Below, piece after piece: positions 25,701 to 40,700 of a stretch of DNA of 64,000 nucleotides. The translations under genes and the position numbers were made by a program. The notes under the pieces were generated by a model that searched no databases, had not been told where the DNA came from, and saw only the letters and a program-made list of their open reading frames with translations. Numbering within the stretch: position 1 is the stretch's first letter; every line of letters begins with the position of its first letter. The DNA comes from Chiloscyllium plagiosum (lineage: Eukaryota): assembly GCF_004010195.1 (NCBI RefSeq), contig NC_057718.1, positions 26,887,631 to 26,951,630 on the forward strand, read 5' to 3'.

Positions 25701-28700
25701 TTTTTCCTCTACACCCAAGCATCTGTTGAATACAAAGGGTGGGAAACTAATTCATTGATAATAAGTGGGAGAAGCCCTTCAAGGCCTCCAATTAAAACAT
25801 TTTTTTTGGAATAAGTCTGCAAATCTAACGGAAGACTAGTTACATAAAGGTCCAGAATTCAAGGCAATAAAAGGCTGCTGAAGACACTAATTGCATGGCA
25901 CTATTTATTATCAGGAATTATATTAATCCGATTAATCACAGATCGTGTCAAATATTTGACACTAATGATGCAATTAAGGCAAAGAAAAAAAACAAAATTA
26001 CGAAAATCAAAAAAAATACATTGAGCATGTACAAATTAGTCAATATGAGCCCTGACTTTTTCCACCCAAATTGCTAGCACTTTTGTATACAGTGCACTTG
26101 CAAGAGTACTTTTTCCTACAAAGCAAAATCCTAAAACCAATCTTTTTTTTATAAACAGTTTGAACAGTTTCTTTAGTTGTGTTGAAGAAACCATGTCACA
26201 AAATTGAATTTGTTCAAATTTTTTTTTTTTACTGCCAGCATATGGAGATTGTTACTCGAATATATTCCCATAAAGTGAAGCTACTGTCCACTTATAATGT
26301 CCTAGAATATCAGGTAAAGCACCACAACTTTGCTGAAAGAACATGCATCTTATTTATGTTATTCCCACATTTTAATTTATGGATTTCACAGCCTTGAACT
26401 AGGATCCCAAGAATGAGAATGTATTGAATGGTGGAAAAAGTCAGTCACTGCCACAAGTCACCCAAGATTAGCATGGCAAAGGGGAACAGTCGTAAGCAAT
26501 GTCATCCTCATAAAAACTGAGGATTGTCTGATTTGATCGTCAGTCCCATAGTTTTTGCCCATTTTAATGTTTCCAAATTTACTGAAGACTGACTCATCCT
26601 TTGCCATCAACAGAAATTTGTTTGGATTCTTCCATGCTTGGGAGCTTCAGTGATTTAGTACACAAAGCATCAATCACAGACAACATTTCTGGAAAGGTCA
26701 AGGCCTGTGTTCACTTTAGATAATTTTTTTTGAATAGATCAGTATTAAGCATCCTGTTGAGGGAAAACCTTGGGTCTTGGATGAAGAAATATTTAACTTT
26801 TCCACTTCCACGTTATCCATTGAAAATTCTCTCAATAATTCTTTGTTCTCTTTCATTTAAATATTTTCTAACCAGTAAAAACAGTAATCATATTCCTGGA
26901 CAACATTCTAGAAGTACAACAGCAATTTGTTTTTAAACATATATATAAGAATTGACAAATGAAAGGAATATTAAAAAAAGGGAAAAAATGTGAGAAAAGG
27001 GAAGGATGGTTGGATATAAAATAGTCATCCACAAAAATTATTAGCCTTCTGGGACCACATCACTTACCTGCATACTCAAAATCAAATTTGTACATTACAA
27101 TAGATTCCAGGTATTTAAACTTACTTCATGTCGTATGTTAATTACACAAAGGGTGCTTCAATATAGTTTTAAGTGTTTAAAGGCAAGTACAAACTTGGGG
27201 ATACACTTCCAGAAATCGAACGGTCTCTCATACATGGATAAAATACTATCTCACCAAAACAATTTGCCATTTTAACTTGCACAAAGTGTATTACACCACC
27301 TCTGCCATTCAGACATGAGCTAAACTATCAATCCAAGGAAACACTTAAAAATATACCAAATCTTTCTTTGTTTTCAAATTACTTCCTAGCATTTAAACAT
27401 TAACCATAAAACCCAAAATCAGAATTTTCAAGAAACATGTCAAATAATATCAATTTCAGAATGGTTATGCAAATTCATTTTCAGCATGCAGCCAATAGGC
27501 TTCCCAAAAATACCAGAAAAAATAAACAAACAACTACATCAGGCATTTCACAATGATCCTGAGTATATGATATTCCACACACACCTATTTTTCCAATTCT
27601 AAAATATGCCAATAAAAGAACTGAGTGTCACATGACATTCTCAAATTCAAGACACCAGAGTTGAAATAATGAAAGTCATGCTTCTGAAAACTAAAAATTG
27701 GGAGAATTCACATATCACAAACCATGAGTTTTGCCATGAAAGCCAAACTAATATTTAAATACATGAGCATAAAGGAGGAAAATAATTTGCACTTACAGAG
27801 CTGTACATAACCTCTGGAATACCAAAGCACTTTACACACAATGAAGTAGTTTTGAAGTGTGGTCATTACTGTATTGTAGAAAACATGACATCAAATTTGC
27901 ACAGAGCAATAAACTGCCATGTGATCATTTTTAAGGTGACAGGGTCTACTATTCTTCTTCAAATAATGCTATGTGATCGTTTATTCTCACTTGAGGAAAT
28001 AGGGCCAAAATTTAACATCTCATCCAAAAAATAGTAAAACACACAAACAAACAAACGAATTGCACAGGAAAATGCGCATGAGTGAACTACTTATAACTTG
28101 TTAATTTTCTGGAAAAATATCTTAACTGGGTTAAATTCGCTGAACCTAATTTACCAAGGACAGACTCAAGGGAGATCATTGTTCTAAAAAGGTAATTTAG
28201 CAAAATCACTTTAATGGATTGGATTCTTGCTTTTGATATTTACTAAATTCCATAATAGAGTATTCTATTAAAAACATTTGTTTCGAACCTTCAGCAAAGA
28301 CACAAACCATTTGACCCAACTGATCTGTGTTGTCATTTATCTACCAGATCCTTGTTCCAATCCTTTTCATATAACATTACAACAAATATCCTATTACTTT
28401 CTCCCTTGTGTCTTCTAGCATCCTTTTAAAAAACAGCTATGCAATTCATCTCAACTACACCTTGTATATCGACTTTTAGATTCTTACCATACTTTGGATA
28501 AATAGGTTTTTTCCAAATTGCCTTGGTAGATTTAGTGTTATAGAATAGAATACATCAATACAGCACAGTACAGGCCCTTTGGCCCTCGATGTTGCGCCAA
28601 CCTGTGAAACCAATCTGAAGCTCTACTAACCTACACTATTCCATTATCATCCATATGCCTATCCAATGACCATTTAAGTACTCTTGAAGTTAAGGAAAGT

Positions 28701-31700
28701 CTACTCATGCTGCAGGCAGGGCAATCCATGTCCTGGCTACTCCAAGTCAAGAACCTACCTCTGACACCTGTCCTATACCTATCGCCCCTCAGTTTAAAAT
28801 CTATGTTCCCTTGAGCTAGCCATCACCATCCAAGGAAAAAGGCTCTCACTGTCACCCTATCTAATCCTCTAATCATGTCTCTATTAAGTCACCTCTTAAC
28901 CTTCTTCTCTCAAACGAAAACAGTCTCAAGTCCCTCAGCCTTTCCTCATAAGACCTTCCCTTCATACCAGGCAACATCCTGATAAACCTCGTCTCTACCC
29001 TTTCCAATGCTTCCACTTCCTTCTTATAATGCGACGACCAGAACTGTACGCAATACTCCAAGTGCGGCCACACCAGAATTTTGTACAGCTGCAACATAGC
29101 CTCATGTCTCCGAAACTCAATCCCTCTACCAATAAAAGCTAACACACTGTACACCTTCTTAACAACCCTATCAACCAGGGTGGCAACTTTCAGGGATCTA
29201 GCACATGGACACTGTGATCTCTCTGCTCATCCACACGACCAAGAATCTTAACATTTGCCCAGTACTCTGTACTTCTGTTACTCCTTCCAAAGTGAATCAC
29301 CTCACACTTTTCCACATTAAACTCCATTTGCCACCTCTCAGCCCAGCTCTGCAGCTTATCTATGTCCCAAGGGTACCTGCAACATCCTTCCACACTATCC
29401 ACATGTCCATTGACTTTAGTGTCATCTCCAAGTTTACTAACCAATCCTTCTACGCCCTCATCCAGGTCAATTATAAAAATGACAAACAGTGGTGGCCCCA
29501 GAATAGATCCTTGCGGTATACCACTAGTAACTGAACTCCAGGATGAACATTTCCCAGCAACCACCACCCTGTCTTCTCTCAGCAGGTCAATTTCTCATCC
29601 AAACCACTAAATCATTCTCAATCCCATGCCACCGTATTTTCTGCAATAGCCAATCATGGGGAACCTTATCAACCACTTTACTGAAATCCATATACACCAC
29701 ATCAACTGCTTTACCCTCATCCACCTATTTGGTCACCTTCTCAAAGGGCACGTGTTGACTATCCCTAATCAAATTATCCCTTTCTAGATGGTTATAAATT
29801 CACTCTCTTATAATCCTTTCCAACACTTTACCCACAACTGAAGGCAAGCTTATTGGTCTATAATTACCAGGGTTGTCTCTACTCCCCTCCTTTAACAAGG
29901 GGATAACATTTGCTATCCTCCAGTCTTCTGGCACTATTCCTGTAGACATTGATGACATAAAGATCAAAGCCAAAGGCTCTGCTATCTCCTCCCTAGCTTC
30001 CCAGAGAATCCTAGCATAAATTCCATCTGGCCCAGGGGACTTATCTACTTTCACACTTTCCAGAATTGCTAACATCTCCTCCTTATGAACCTCAATCCTG
30101 TCTAGTCTAATAGCTTGTATCTCAGTATTGAGAATCTTGTGTTGTTCCGAGATTACATTCCCTACAAAAGTGGGGGCATGCCTAAAATTTCAGCCCATCA
30201 GATTCCTTCACAATATCAACAAGTTAGCTATCAGCTGTTACAAGCAAGTCAAGTTACAAACAACAAAAGTACATAGTTAAAAATGCCCAAACTTAATTTA
30301 CCAAGGACAGACTTAGGGGAGATAGTTGTTCCAAAAAGGTAATTTAGCAAATCACTTTAATGGATTAGATTCTTGCTTTTAATATTTAGTAATTTCCATA
30401 ACATAGTGTATTCTACTAAAAACTTGTTTGGAATCTCTAGCAGAGAAATATGTTTTATAAATTACACACAATTTCCATACAGCAAAGCTAAATTTCCACC
30501 ACAACCTCTGCAGAGGTAAACTGTCTGATCAGACACATGAATAATTTATAAATCAACATGACACTGCTTAGTTACAGTAAGGTAAAGATCATCAGTATGG
30601 ATAATGGAAAAAATGCTGGGACTAAGGCAACATTGGGAAACAACGTAGACAACTAGGAAGCCCCAAAAGCAGGGACTAATTCTGCAAATGTGAAAAACAC
30701 AGAAAGGCACTGGCTGTTCAACATTTCCCATTTTGCTGAAAACCTTTGACCTTCAAGCCATCCAGCATTCCTTCTCAGATTTATGTTATATTCAAAATTA
30801 CAATTTCTCCAGATATTAAACCATAAAATATATGTCTGTTAGCTTTAACATTTCTGCACTCAAATTCCCCCATCTCATATTTAATCCAATATGCAGCTGA
30901 CATCATTTAATTCAAATAATAGATGATTTGGAAATGCTTCAGATTTCAACCTCTATTTTGAGGTGAAAGAAAACACTTTTCTGACTATAAACAAGCAGAC
31001 CAGCCATATTTTGGCTGTTTTGGCATGCAAGATCAGCTGCAATTTGCTTCAGTAATCCTTGGGTAGGTCACAAAATGGTAATGGTTGCCTCATAACTGCT
31101 AACATGTGTTTCTCAAGAGAGGCACTTGTGCCAGTGCTAGATGAGGAAACATTAAAGGTTAGCCACCATCTCCCTCAAATTATGGTGAAACAGGATCATA
31201 AACATTTCTTTTCTGTTCACTCTGACAAGATGTCTGTGCATACAGGCTCTGAAGACGAAATCAAGGAATCAACAAATTACTCCGAAATAAAAAGTGACAT
31301 GATAATAAAACAAAGCTCTTTTTTTCAACTGCCTGGCTTTCATCACAAGATCAATTATTTTAATTTCAGTGCAAGAAAACTTCTAAAGACCATATTCCTA
31401 GAGCAAAAAAATTCACGTGGAAAAACCTAAGTTAACAAATTACACCTGAAACAGCGGAAACAAATTGTGCCTGGCAAATCTAATTATGTTCAATGAATTA
31501 ACAGCACAGGAAAGTACCGAACTTGATGCATGTCTGGATTTTCAGTCATCAAGTAATCTGCTTAAGAAAACTACAGACCATTGGATTACAGGGGCAATAA
31601 CAGATTGGAGAGTAAATAGATAAAAAGACAGAAAGGTGAATGTAGTGATCAATTGCTGTTGTTCAATTGGAGGTAAGTACAGTAAAACACTGCTTTATTT

Positions 31701-34700
31701 GATATAAATTACTGACCTAAACTTAGGACGAGAATGCACAAGTTCAAAATTTAAAAATGTAGTAAACAGCACAAAAGATATTAACAGAGTATAGTAAGAT
31801 AAACTAGCGAAAACAACGGGAAATTCAATGCAGGGGTGTGAAGTGATGCACAAGAAACAACCCAGGGGCTCTCTCTCACACAGATGCAAACTGAGCAGTG
31901 ATGTATTTAGGAGAGAAAAGAAGTTGAGTTTGTTCTCTTTGGAGCAGTGACATTTAATGGAGGTGTTCAAAGCTATGAAGAGATTTTTGTACAGGAAATC
32001 AGAATCTATTAAACTGGTAAAGAATCATTAAGTGAAGGTCTGTACCTTAAGATAATTGGCAAAAAAAAAAATCAGGGAATAAGGATTTTTTTGTAAATGT
32101 AGTATGAAGAAGAAGAACCAGAGCGCATTGCCCGAAAAAGCGATGGCAGCAAATTCAATGCTTACTTTCAAAAGGGAATTGGATATATACTTAAGGATCA
32201 ATGTTGACAGTGCAATGCAAAAAGTACATGAACAATTGAAGAGCCATTTCAAATTTTACACCGGAAATAAAAATGTTTCCATTACTTAAAATCAAGATTC
32301 CAAATGGATTTTTGTATAAGAAAGACTTGATAATCTCCAACATACTGTAGACATTAGTAACTGGTGACATCTAGTGGCAGGAGGCAATCGATCTCTGCAA
32401 AACAGTAATCAGCTTTATTAAAGTCGAAAAACTTACAATTTGATTTTTGGTGGCCAACTTCCTGTCCAGACAGTCTGGCCAGAAAGCAGAGTCCCAAGAA
32501 GACGACTAGGCTTTTGTACAACAACAGCCCAAGTCTAATTTTATTTAGGAGGCTGAGAAATACTTCTGCTACTCCCAGTTTTCACAGAAACGATTTAAAA
32601 ACTTACCTGCTGCACTCATCTTTGGCTGGATAGCCAAAATGACATTCAGGATCTACATACTCCTTAGGACCTCAATTTGAATATTTAAAATGCTAAACAA
32701 CCGACCCAGAAAGACAGTCCAGCTATCCAATGGCTGGTCCTGGTGAATGTAGGGATACGCATAATGGAACAGCAGGACCTCAATCCCATCATTTCTGGGT
32801 TGCTGCTATCCCATATATGCTGAGTTGAAGACTTCAAATCATAACGTGTGTGGATGAAATGTTGTTACAAGGCTAAAATTACATGAAAAGCTAGTGTCTG
32901 CAATCTACAACTTATTAAAAGCCAGCCGAGGTTGTCGATTTAATAAGCATTTTCTTCAAGTTTTAAACATAAAGCCAGGTGAGTCTTGCATTTCCAGTCA
33001 TTTAGTAAATACAGTACGCTAAATTGGACATCTGTGGAAAAAGATGAAAGTTAAATGCATTTATCAGAGTTGAACTAAACAAAATTGAATTGAAGATTAG
33101 CTACATTCTATTAAAAATGGAGCAGGTTTTATGGACTTAAAATGGATAATCAGAATTTATTTTCAAAGAGTAAAGAATGTGACACGTTCTGGAAAAAGAG
33201 AAGTCTAAACCTAAATTCGAGCAGTAGGAATATTCAAAAAATGTTACCAAGGTTATCTGCTCAATGAAAACATTTAATGAGGCCAGTGAAGATGTTCAAC
33301 ACATCGTGCAAAATGCATTAACTGAAGATGATTTTAAATGGTTTTTGTTTCCAAATTCCATCAGTGGAAGTGACTACATCACTCGGGTAAATTGCAGGAG
33401 GTAAGTTCTGTGGTCAAAAATGGCCAATTTTTAAAGTCAAGTAGAAATGCACAGAACAATTATTCCTCAAAAATTTGGAATATACTAATTATTGTGGGCT
33501 CCATTTCACATGAACATAAGCATTTCTAAAGAACCTACTCACCTTGCAACCTACCTGAATTGTCTTCAAACAGGCTTTGCAGAAAAATTCAAAGTTAGGC
33601 AAGATGAATAACTTGAAGAGGAACACTTTCTAAGTTTATGAGCTATATGGTGATTTAGGCAATGCAAAATAAATCACACCGTCTAAATTATTACTCATTT
33701 TCCTCAACCTTGATGCACTACAAAGGCTGAAAGCAACAATATCCAAGCTCCAAAATGAAAGACTTTTTAAAGAGCACTATACAGACTTGCTGATAGTGTA
33801 CTTGTCTTGACATTTACTTTTCACTGGCTCAAGACCATGTTTTCCTGGCCTAGATCCAGTGTTGGTATAATGGCTTTGGTTTACGTGCTGCTACTCTTGT
33901 CCAACTTGATTCACCTTATCAGGGCGAGCAGGTTGTCAAGAAGTTTGATGACATGCTCAGTGCAGGCGTTGCGGTAGATCGGAGACCCGCTGGGTGTGAA
34001 TCCAACCACGAACCCTCCGGCCTTTGCCTCCTCCAGGTCAGTAGGCCAGCGAGCCCGCTTCACAACTCCAAGTATGGTGTAAACACACAAGCTGATCTGT
34101 CAAAATAAGGTAAAAAGCAGAGATGAAAGCTCTCGCAAAATGTCACTGATCTTTACCAGTAGTACCTGGGGATCACTACCTCCAGGCAACTGTGGCAACA
34201 GATTCCTGACTGCAGCAGTTAGGAACAGTGGGATTTGCTCAGGAATTTTTTGTGGGGGCGGGAAAGGCTGGCAATGTGCATGAAAGTGCTAAGAATTTCA
34301 AAACGTGATATTACACAGGTGTTATGCAGGTTTTCAGTACTCCGTGCCAAACATACACAAGTATCTTTTGATTTCAGAATCAAATATTATCAAGTCCAGA
34401 TGCAGTCCAAATCTACTGCTTTTACTACATATTGAATTGGCACTATAAGACGACAAGAATAAAATGAAACATTTCCTATTTGCTACTGTACATGGCCTGT
34501 ATATTTTGACCCAGTATTAATCTTAAGCTATGCAAGTATATTTTGCGAACAGAGATCTTTTTCTTATCAACATTCCCCTCCCAGAAGGCACACCTGCAGC
34601 ATCTCCTGCCATTGAAATCTGAAATAAGCGCCACAACATAAATCATGCTTCAAGGTCCTCATTTTTGACATACCAAAACTATACCAATTATTCCACAACA

Positions 34701-37700
34701 ATCCAACGTAACAGATTCCATCCACCATAACAGAATGCCACTCTGACAAATGAAGCTTATTTCCATTTACAAAACAATGTTCTTCATTGCCACCAGTATT
34801 TCAAGATTAAGCAACTGCATTGTACAACCCCAATTCCTTGTCCAACTTTACCATACTGTGATCAGTTTGACATAAGCTTTCTTGTAATTCAAAAATATAT
34901 TTCACACAGTTTCTTTAATCTCTCCCCGACCTTCGTTTTTTAAAAAAACACTTCACGGTACTTCAATATTGTAACATTTTGTTCAGAACTACTGGTAGAA
35001 GTCTTCATCATAGATCGTGAACAGCAGGCCTTGATATGTTCCATGACCATCCCTTAAGAGGATTCCTGTATTACACAGATTCTAAAATTAAGATTGGATA
35101 CAAGATCATTTTTGACAAATTATCTGAACATTCATAAAACGTAGCAAGACAGGTGTTAGTGGTATCATAAAACAAACAATTTTCCAGTATGACTGAATTT
35201 AAAAAGCATCAGCATGATAGCAGTAAATTAGCCATTCTCCTAGAATAATACACCACCAGGGAGACGTGTAGTTCCTTAGCCATAAAAATATACACACCCG
35301 AGATCTGTTGATGCCTGCTGGGTCTTCTCTAATAGGATCATCTGGAGTGACATCTGCACCAATATATGAAAGAAACATGGCTGGATCTGAAAGCACTCTG
35401 AAAAACAAAATAATCATTAAGTACACTGCACAAAAGGAAATGGCCAGCTTCAAAATTTATACTGTTCATCAAATGACCCATACTCTTAAAATTCCAATAC
35501 TACGTAAGTGCAAAGTTGTACACTTTCAATCGAAATACCACTAATAAGACTCAAAATTATCTCCAGTACCAATATGTCGCCCTCAGCAATATTTTCTGTA
35601 TGACTCAGATCTATTCAAGACTTAGACCCTATTGTTCCATGCAAGCAGTACATTTCACATCTTTTGTAGTTCTAGACAGATGCAAGGTAAAAAGGAGGTG
35701 CCAGCAACTATCAGGAGAATCACTATTTTCTTGAAGAAAATCAAACCTAATTTCCTGAGTGTCCATCTCATTCATTCAAAGCTCCAGATATTTTGACCAA
35801 CTTAACACTTCCTTCCCTTTATGCATTATCATTCATTGAAAATTGAAGCAAAACAATTAAAATTCATTTTCTTTTCAACTCTTCGCTTGCTCCTAAGATC
35901 AACAGGTTTGTAAAAGCAAAAAATCATTATTTAGTTACAGATAGTGTAATTCATATATTTGTGCAGGCAGGGTGGAGGTGGGTGGGGGAGCTGATCATCT
36001 CCCTTACAACTACAGATCAGTTGGTACCACTTAAGTCTTCAGAAAGATTAATTGAATCCCCATTTAAAGAACAGAGAGAAGCAAAAATATAATGAACTAG
36101 TCAGCGAGGACGTTAAAATGGAAAATCTTGCTTTGCTAACCAGATGGCTTTTTTTTTAAATAAACAGAGGATAGGCATTGGCAACACAGTTGACACTATT
36201 GGTCGAAGGCCTTTTGATGGCTCAGATAAAATGTTTCACAGGACACTGATAAATAAATTCAGAGAATGAGGAATCAGTCAGGTAAGATAGCTGAATACAT
36301 TGCTGGCTGGCTTCAAACAGAAAGGAGAGAGGGGTAAAAAGGTTATTAACTCAAGAGTGGCAAAAAGGTGAGAAGTTGTGTTCCAGAAGGATCAATGCTG
36401 GGACCACTAGAGTTTATAATATGCACGAACAACGTGGACTTTGGAGTCAAAAACAAATTTTCTAAATTAGCAAATGCTGAAAACAATTGCCAGAAATTAC
36501 AAGAGAACATTAATGAACTTGAAGAATGGCAAATAAAACTCAACACAGAAATGAGGTAGTAAATTCTGGTAGGGAGACGATTGGTTGGAAAGTGCAAATT
36601 TAGTTAAAGTACAGGATCAAAGGAATCTTGGATTACAGATATATCGATACATCACCAAAGTATGCACTATAGATTTGCAAGGTGATATAAAAATTAAACT
36701 AAGCACTAAACTTTACATCTAGGATCACAGAAGTGAAAAGGAGGGAAAGTATGCAAAACTTGTAATGAATCCTGTTAGACCACAGGGCCACATTGGTTAG
36801 CACTGTTGCCTCATAGCACAAGGGACGCGGGTGCGATTCCATCCTCAGGCAACTGTCTGTGCAGAGTTTGCACATTCTCCCCATATCTGTGGGGGTTTCC
36901 TCCAGGTGCTCCGGTTTCCTCCCACAGGGAGGAAAGATGCGCAGGCTTGGTGGACTGGCCATAGTAAATTGCCCTACTGTCCAGGAATGTGTAGGTAAGT
37001 GGATTAACCATGTGAAATGTGGAGTTACAGGGATAGGGCTAGGGAGTGGGTCTAAATGGCATGCTCTTCAGAGGGCCGGTGTGGACTCGATGAACCAAAT
37101 GGTCAGCTTCCAAACTGTAGGGATTCTATGGAAACCACTATTTCAAGTCTAGCAATAAGCTGCAATATTACGAAGAGTACATAGAGCCACTGGAGAGGAC
37201 ATAGATAAGATTTACAAGAGTGAAATGCATAAATATGTATCAGGAAATGATTGATAAGGTGTGTTTTTTTTCTTAAGAAATGAAATGATAAAGATGACCT
37301 GGAGCTCTTTGCACTGAACAAAGTTGATTCAAAAGGCAGCCCATGGGCCACAATGTATCTATCAAGGGTTCCAAATGCAAGACATAAAAGTGGAACAAGC
37401 TGAAAGGAGATGCTCCTCCAATCAGAGACCACATCACTCCCATGTTTTCTCCTTATATACTAACTAGCGAATACACATTGAAATAGCCTCCAATTGAAAG
37501 AGTAGCAAGCTGTGAAAACATGAGTATTTTAATACAGCCTGAGGTCAACATGCCTAGGATATTGGCAGAGATTCTGCTCTGGCAGAATGTGTGTTATGGA
37601 TGCAGAAGAAAAGGTTTGGAGTTGATCGCGGGTATGGGGCAAAAGCTCAGAATCCACAGCAAGACAAGGCTCTCACATCCTCATGCAGGTGCTGCCACAA

Positions 37701-40700
37701 TGAAGTAATTATTTAAAACTGCAGTGGGACACCAAACCAAATGCATTGAAGTACAACACAACATTTTCCTGCTCTGAATAATTAGCATTACAGGGCACCA
37801 ATTGGCCACTTGGCGTCAGAACGGTAATCTGCAATTCAAAACATGCGCTCAAAAAAAGCCATTTTAACTTCATTTGAGTTGGCAGATAAACATGGCCACA
37901 TTGATTTCATTATGAAATGTCTGCTGTTGATAGAATGACAATGCTTGTGACAGCAGAAAGCTTTGAAAGATAAAGCACCACAGATTATTTTCTTGTGCTG
38001 AGATCCAGCATTTTAAAATATTCATTCATGGTATGGACATGACAAATTAGGCTAGTATTTATTGCCTGCTGCTAACTGTTACGAGTGACCACATCGCTGT
38101 GGATCTGGAGTCACACATCGGCCAAACCAGGTAAAGATGGCAGATTGCCTTCCCTGAAGGACCATGAGTGAATCAAATGGGTTTTTCCCCAACAGAGTCA
38201 TAGAAGTGTACAGCATGGAAACAGACCCTTCGCTCCAACTTGTCCATGTGGACCAGATATCCTAACCCAATCTAGTCCCATTTGCCAGCAGTTGGCATAG
38301 TCCTCTAAACCCTTCCATTCATATATCCATCCAGATGGCTTTTAAATGCTGTAATTGTACCAGCCTCCACCACTTGCTCTGACAGCTCATTCTATACATG
38401 CACCACCCTCTGCTTGAAAAAGTTGCCCCTTAGGTCCCTTGCTCCTCTCACCCCCCCCCCCCCTAATCTATGTCTTCTAGTTCTGGACTCCCCCACCCAG
38501 GGAAAAGATCTTGTTTATTTACCCCAGCCATGGCCCTTATGATTTTATAAACCTCTAGAAGTTCGCCCGTCAGTCTCTGATGCTCCAGGGAAAACAGCCC
38601 CAGCCTATTCTGCCTCTCCCTATAGCTCAAATCCTCCATTCCCGGTGACATCCTTTTAAATCTTTTCTGAACTCTTTCAAGTTTAACAACATTTTTCCAA
38701 TACGAAGACCAAAATTGCATGCAATATTCTAAAAGTGACCTAACCAATGTCCTGTACAGCCGCAACATGACCTCCCAACTCCTATACTCAATTCTCTGAC
38801 CAATACAGCATACCAAACGCCTTTTTCACTAACCTGCGACTCCACTTTCAAGGAACTATGAACCAAGGTCATTTTGTTCAGCAACACTTGCCAGGACCTT
38901 ACCATTAAGGTGTATAAGTCCCGCTCTGATTTGCTTTTCCAAAATGTAGCACCTTACATTTATCCAAATTAAACTGCATCTGCCACTCCTCAGCCCACTG
39001 GCCCATCTGATCAAGATCACATTGTACTGTGAAGCAACCTTCTTCACTGTCCACTACACCTCCAATTTTGTGTCATCTGCAAACTTACTAACTATATCTC
39101 CTATGTTATTTAGAGAAATCGATGGTCCAGCATTCAATTAACCAAATATAGGATTATCCCGGCAAATCGCAAGGTCCCGATGCTTGGTTAAACTATGTCA
39201 TCCAGCATTCCATTACCCGGCATTCAATTGACCGACCAAAATATTCCCCGCCTGTGTCCTTCAGATAATTGAGTTCACATGGATATAAATGATGAAAAGT
39301 AGTGAACAATCGACCAGAATTTCACAGTCTCCAGTAGATTCTTAATTGCAGGGTTTTTTTGCTCAGCTGCTCAGCACCTTTAAATGATCATTTTTATTAA
39401 TGAATCTCTCATTTAAATTAGACCTTTACTTTGGAATTTCTTTTCCGCTGAAGGTCACATTCACGGTTTGGCTGAACCTTCTCTTTTCAAAATTTGTTCA
39501 CTGAGTCCACCAATTGACAGAAAAATTGAAATACAACATCCCTATGCAGACAAGTTGACCAATCGTGTTGGAATGATGATAGGGCCAATGTTTCCAAATG
39601 GGTAAGATAATGACTTGAGGTCTTTCGTAGAGTTATTAAAAGTTCAGTGAGCAATTCAGAAAAAAGAAGCTCTTTACACACAGTGTAGTGAGAATATAGG
39701 ACTTCTTATCACAAGTGGTAGTTGTTTGGAAGTATACAGATGTATTTATGGGGAAGCCAAACAGGATTTAGATGAAAATAGACAGAAGATTTGAGTAGAG
39801 ACTTGCATGGACTGGTTGGGTGGAATGGCCTGTTTTTCAGCCATATATCCACAATAATAAGTCTTCTTACATTTTTCAAAGACTAGTGCTGAGTTGGCCA
39901 TTCAGCCACGTCTCAAAATTTAACTGAATCATTTAGCACCAAACTTACGTAGATTCTACTTAAAAGTCACTTGTGACATTTCAAGTCAGCTTTAGTTTGC
40001 TTGACATCTCAATTCAGAATGGTTATAACTTTTGTAATTAATTATACAAAGGCATGTTAATACACTTCAATATGCAGCAGTTATGAACATGCACTTCTGC
40101 ACACCAAATATACCTGTTGATAACATACCTTTGCATCTCCTCAGACAACCAAAGGTTAGTAACAGGAGCCATGAGTTCCTCTAGGAAGGCTTTCTGTCGC
40201 TCATAATCCTTGAACTGGTTGCTCAGGAGAACCAGGGATTCCATTAAAGCACACTTCTCCAACTGTGTAAGCTGCCGTTCATCTTGCTGCAGACGCTTGA
40301 CATGGGCATAGAACATTTCAAACACCGGCTAAAAAGAGAACAACCATTTAAATCAAACGTCTGTGGTCTCTTTTAGAAGGATAAATCCTGTGAAGAAAAT
40401 GAGAACGGCACCACAATTAAGCAATCACTTCAGCCACCCTCCTGATAAGCGAGACCAAATTTGTTAAGTGTACTTCACCAAGACAAAGCTGATTAGTACA
40501 TGTGATAGGAGAACTCACCTTCCCTACCAACCCCTTTTGGTTTCTAGGCAAAAATGAGGAGTGCAGATGCTGGAGATCAGAGTCAAAAAGGGTGGCACTG
40601 GAAAAGCACAGGTCAGGCAGCATCTGAGCAGCAGGAGAATCAATGTTTCGGGCATAAGCCCTTCATCAGGAATGTTCCTGATGAAGGGCTTATGCCTGAA

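Noticed and set aside
31059..31430. 123-aa plus-strand ORF
   Set aside because: No recognisable motif, non-ATG start, antisense within an intron; likely chance
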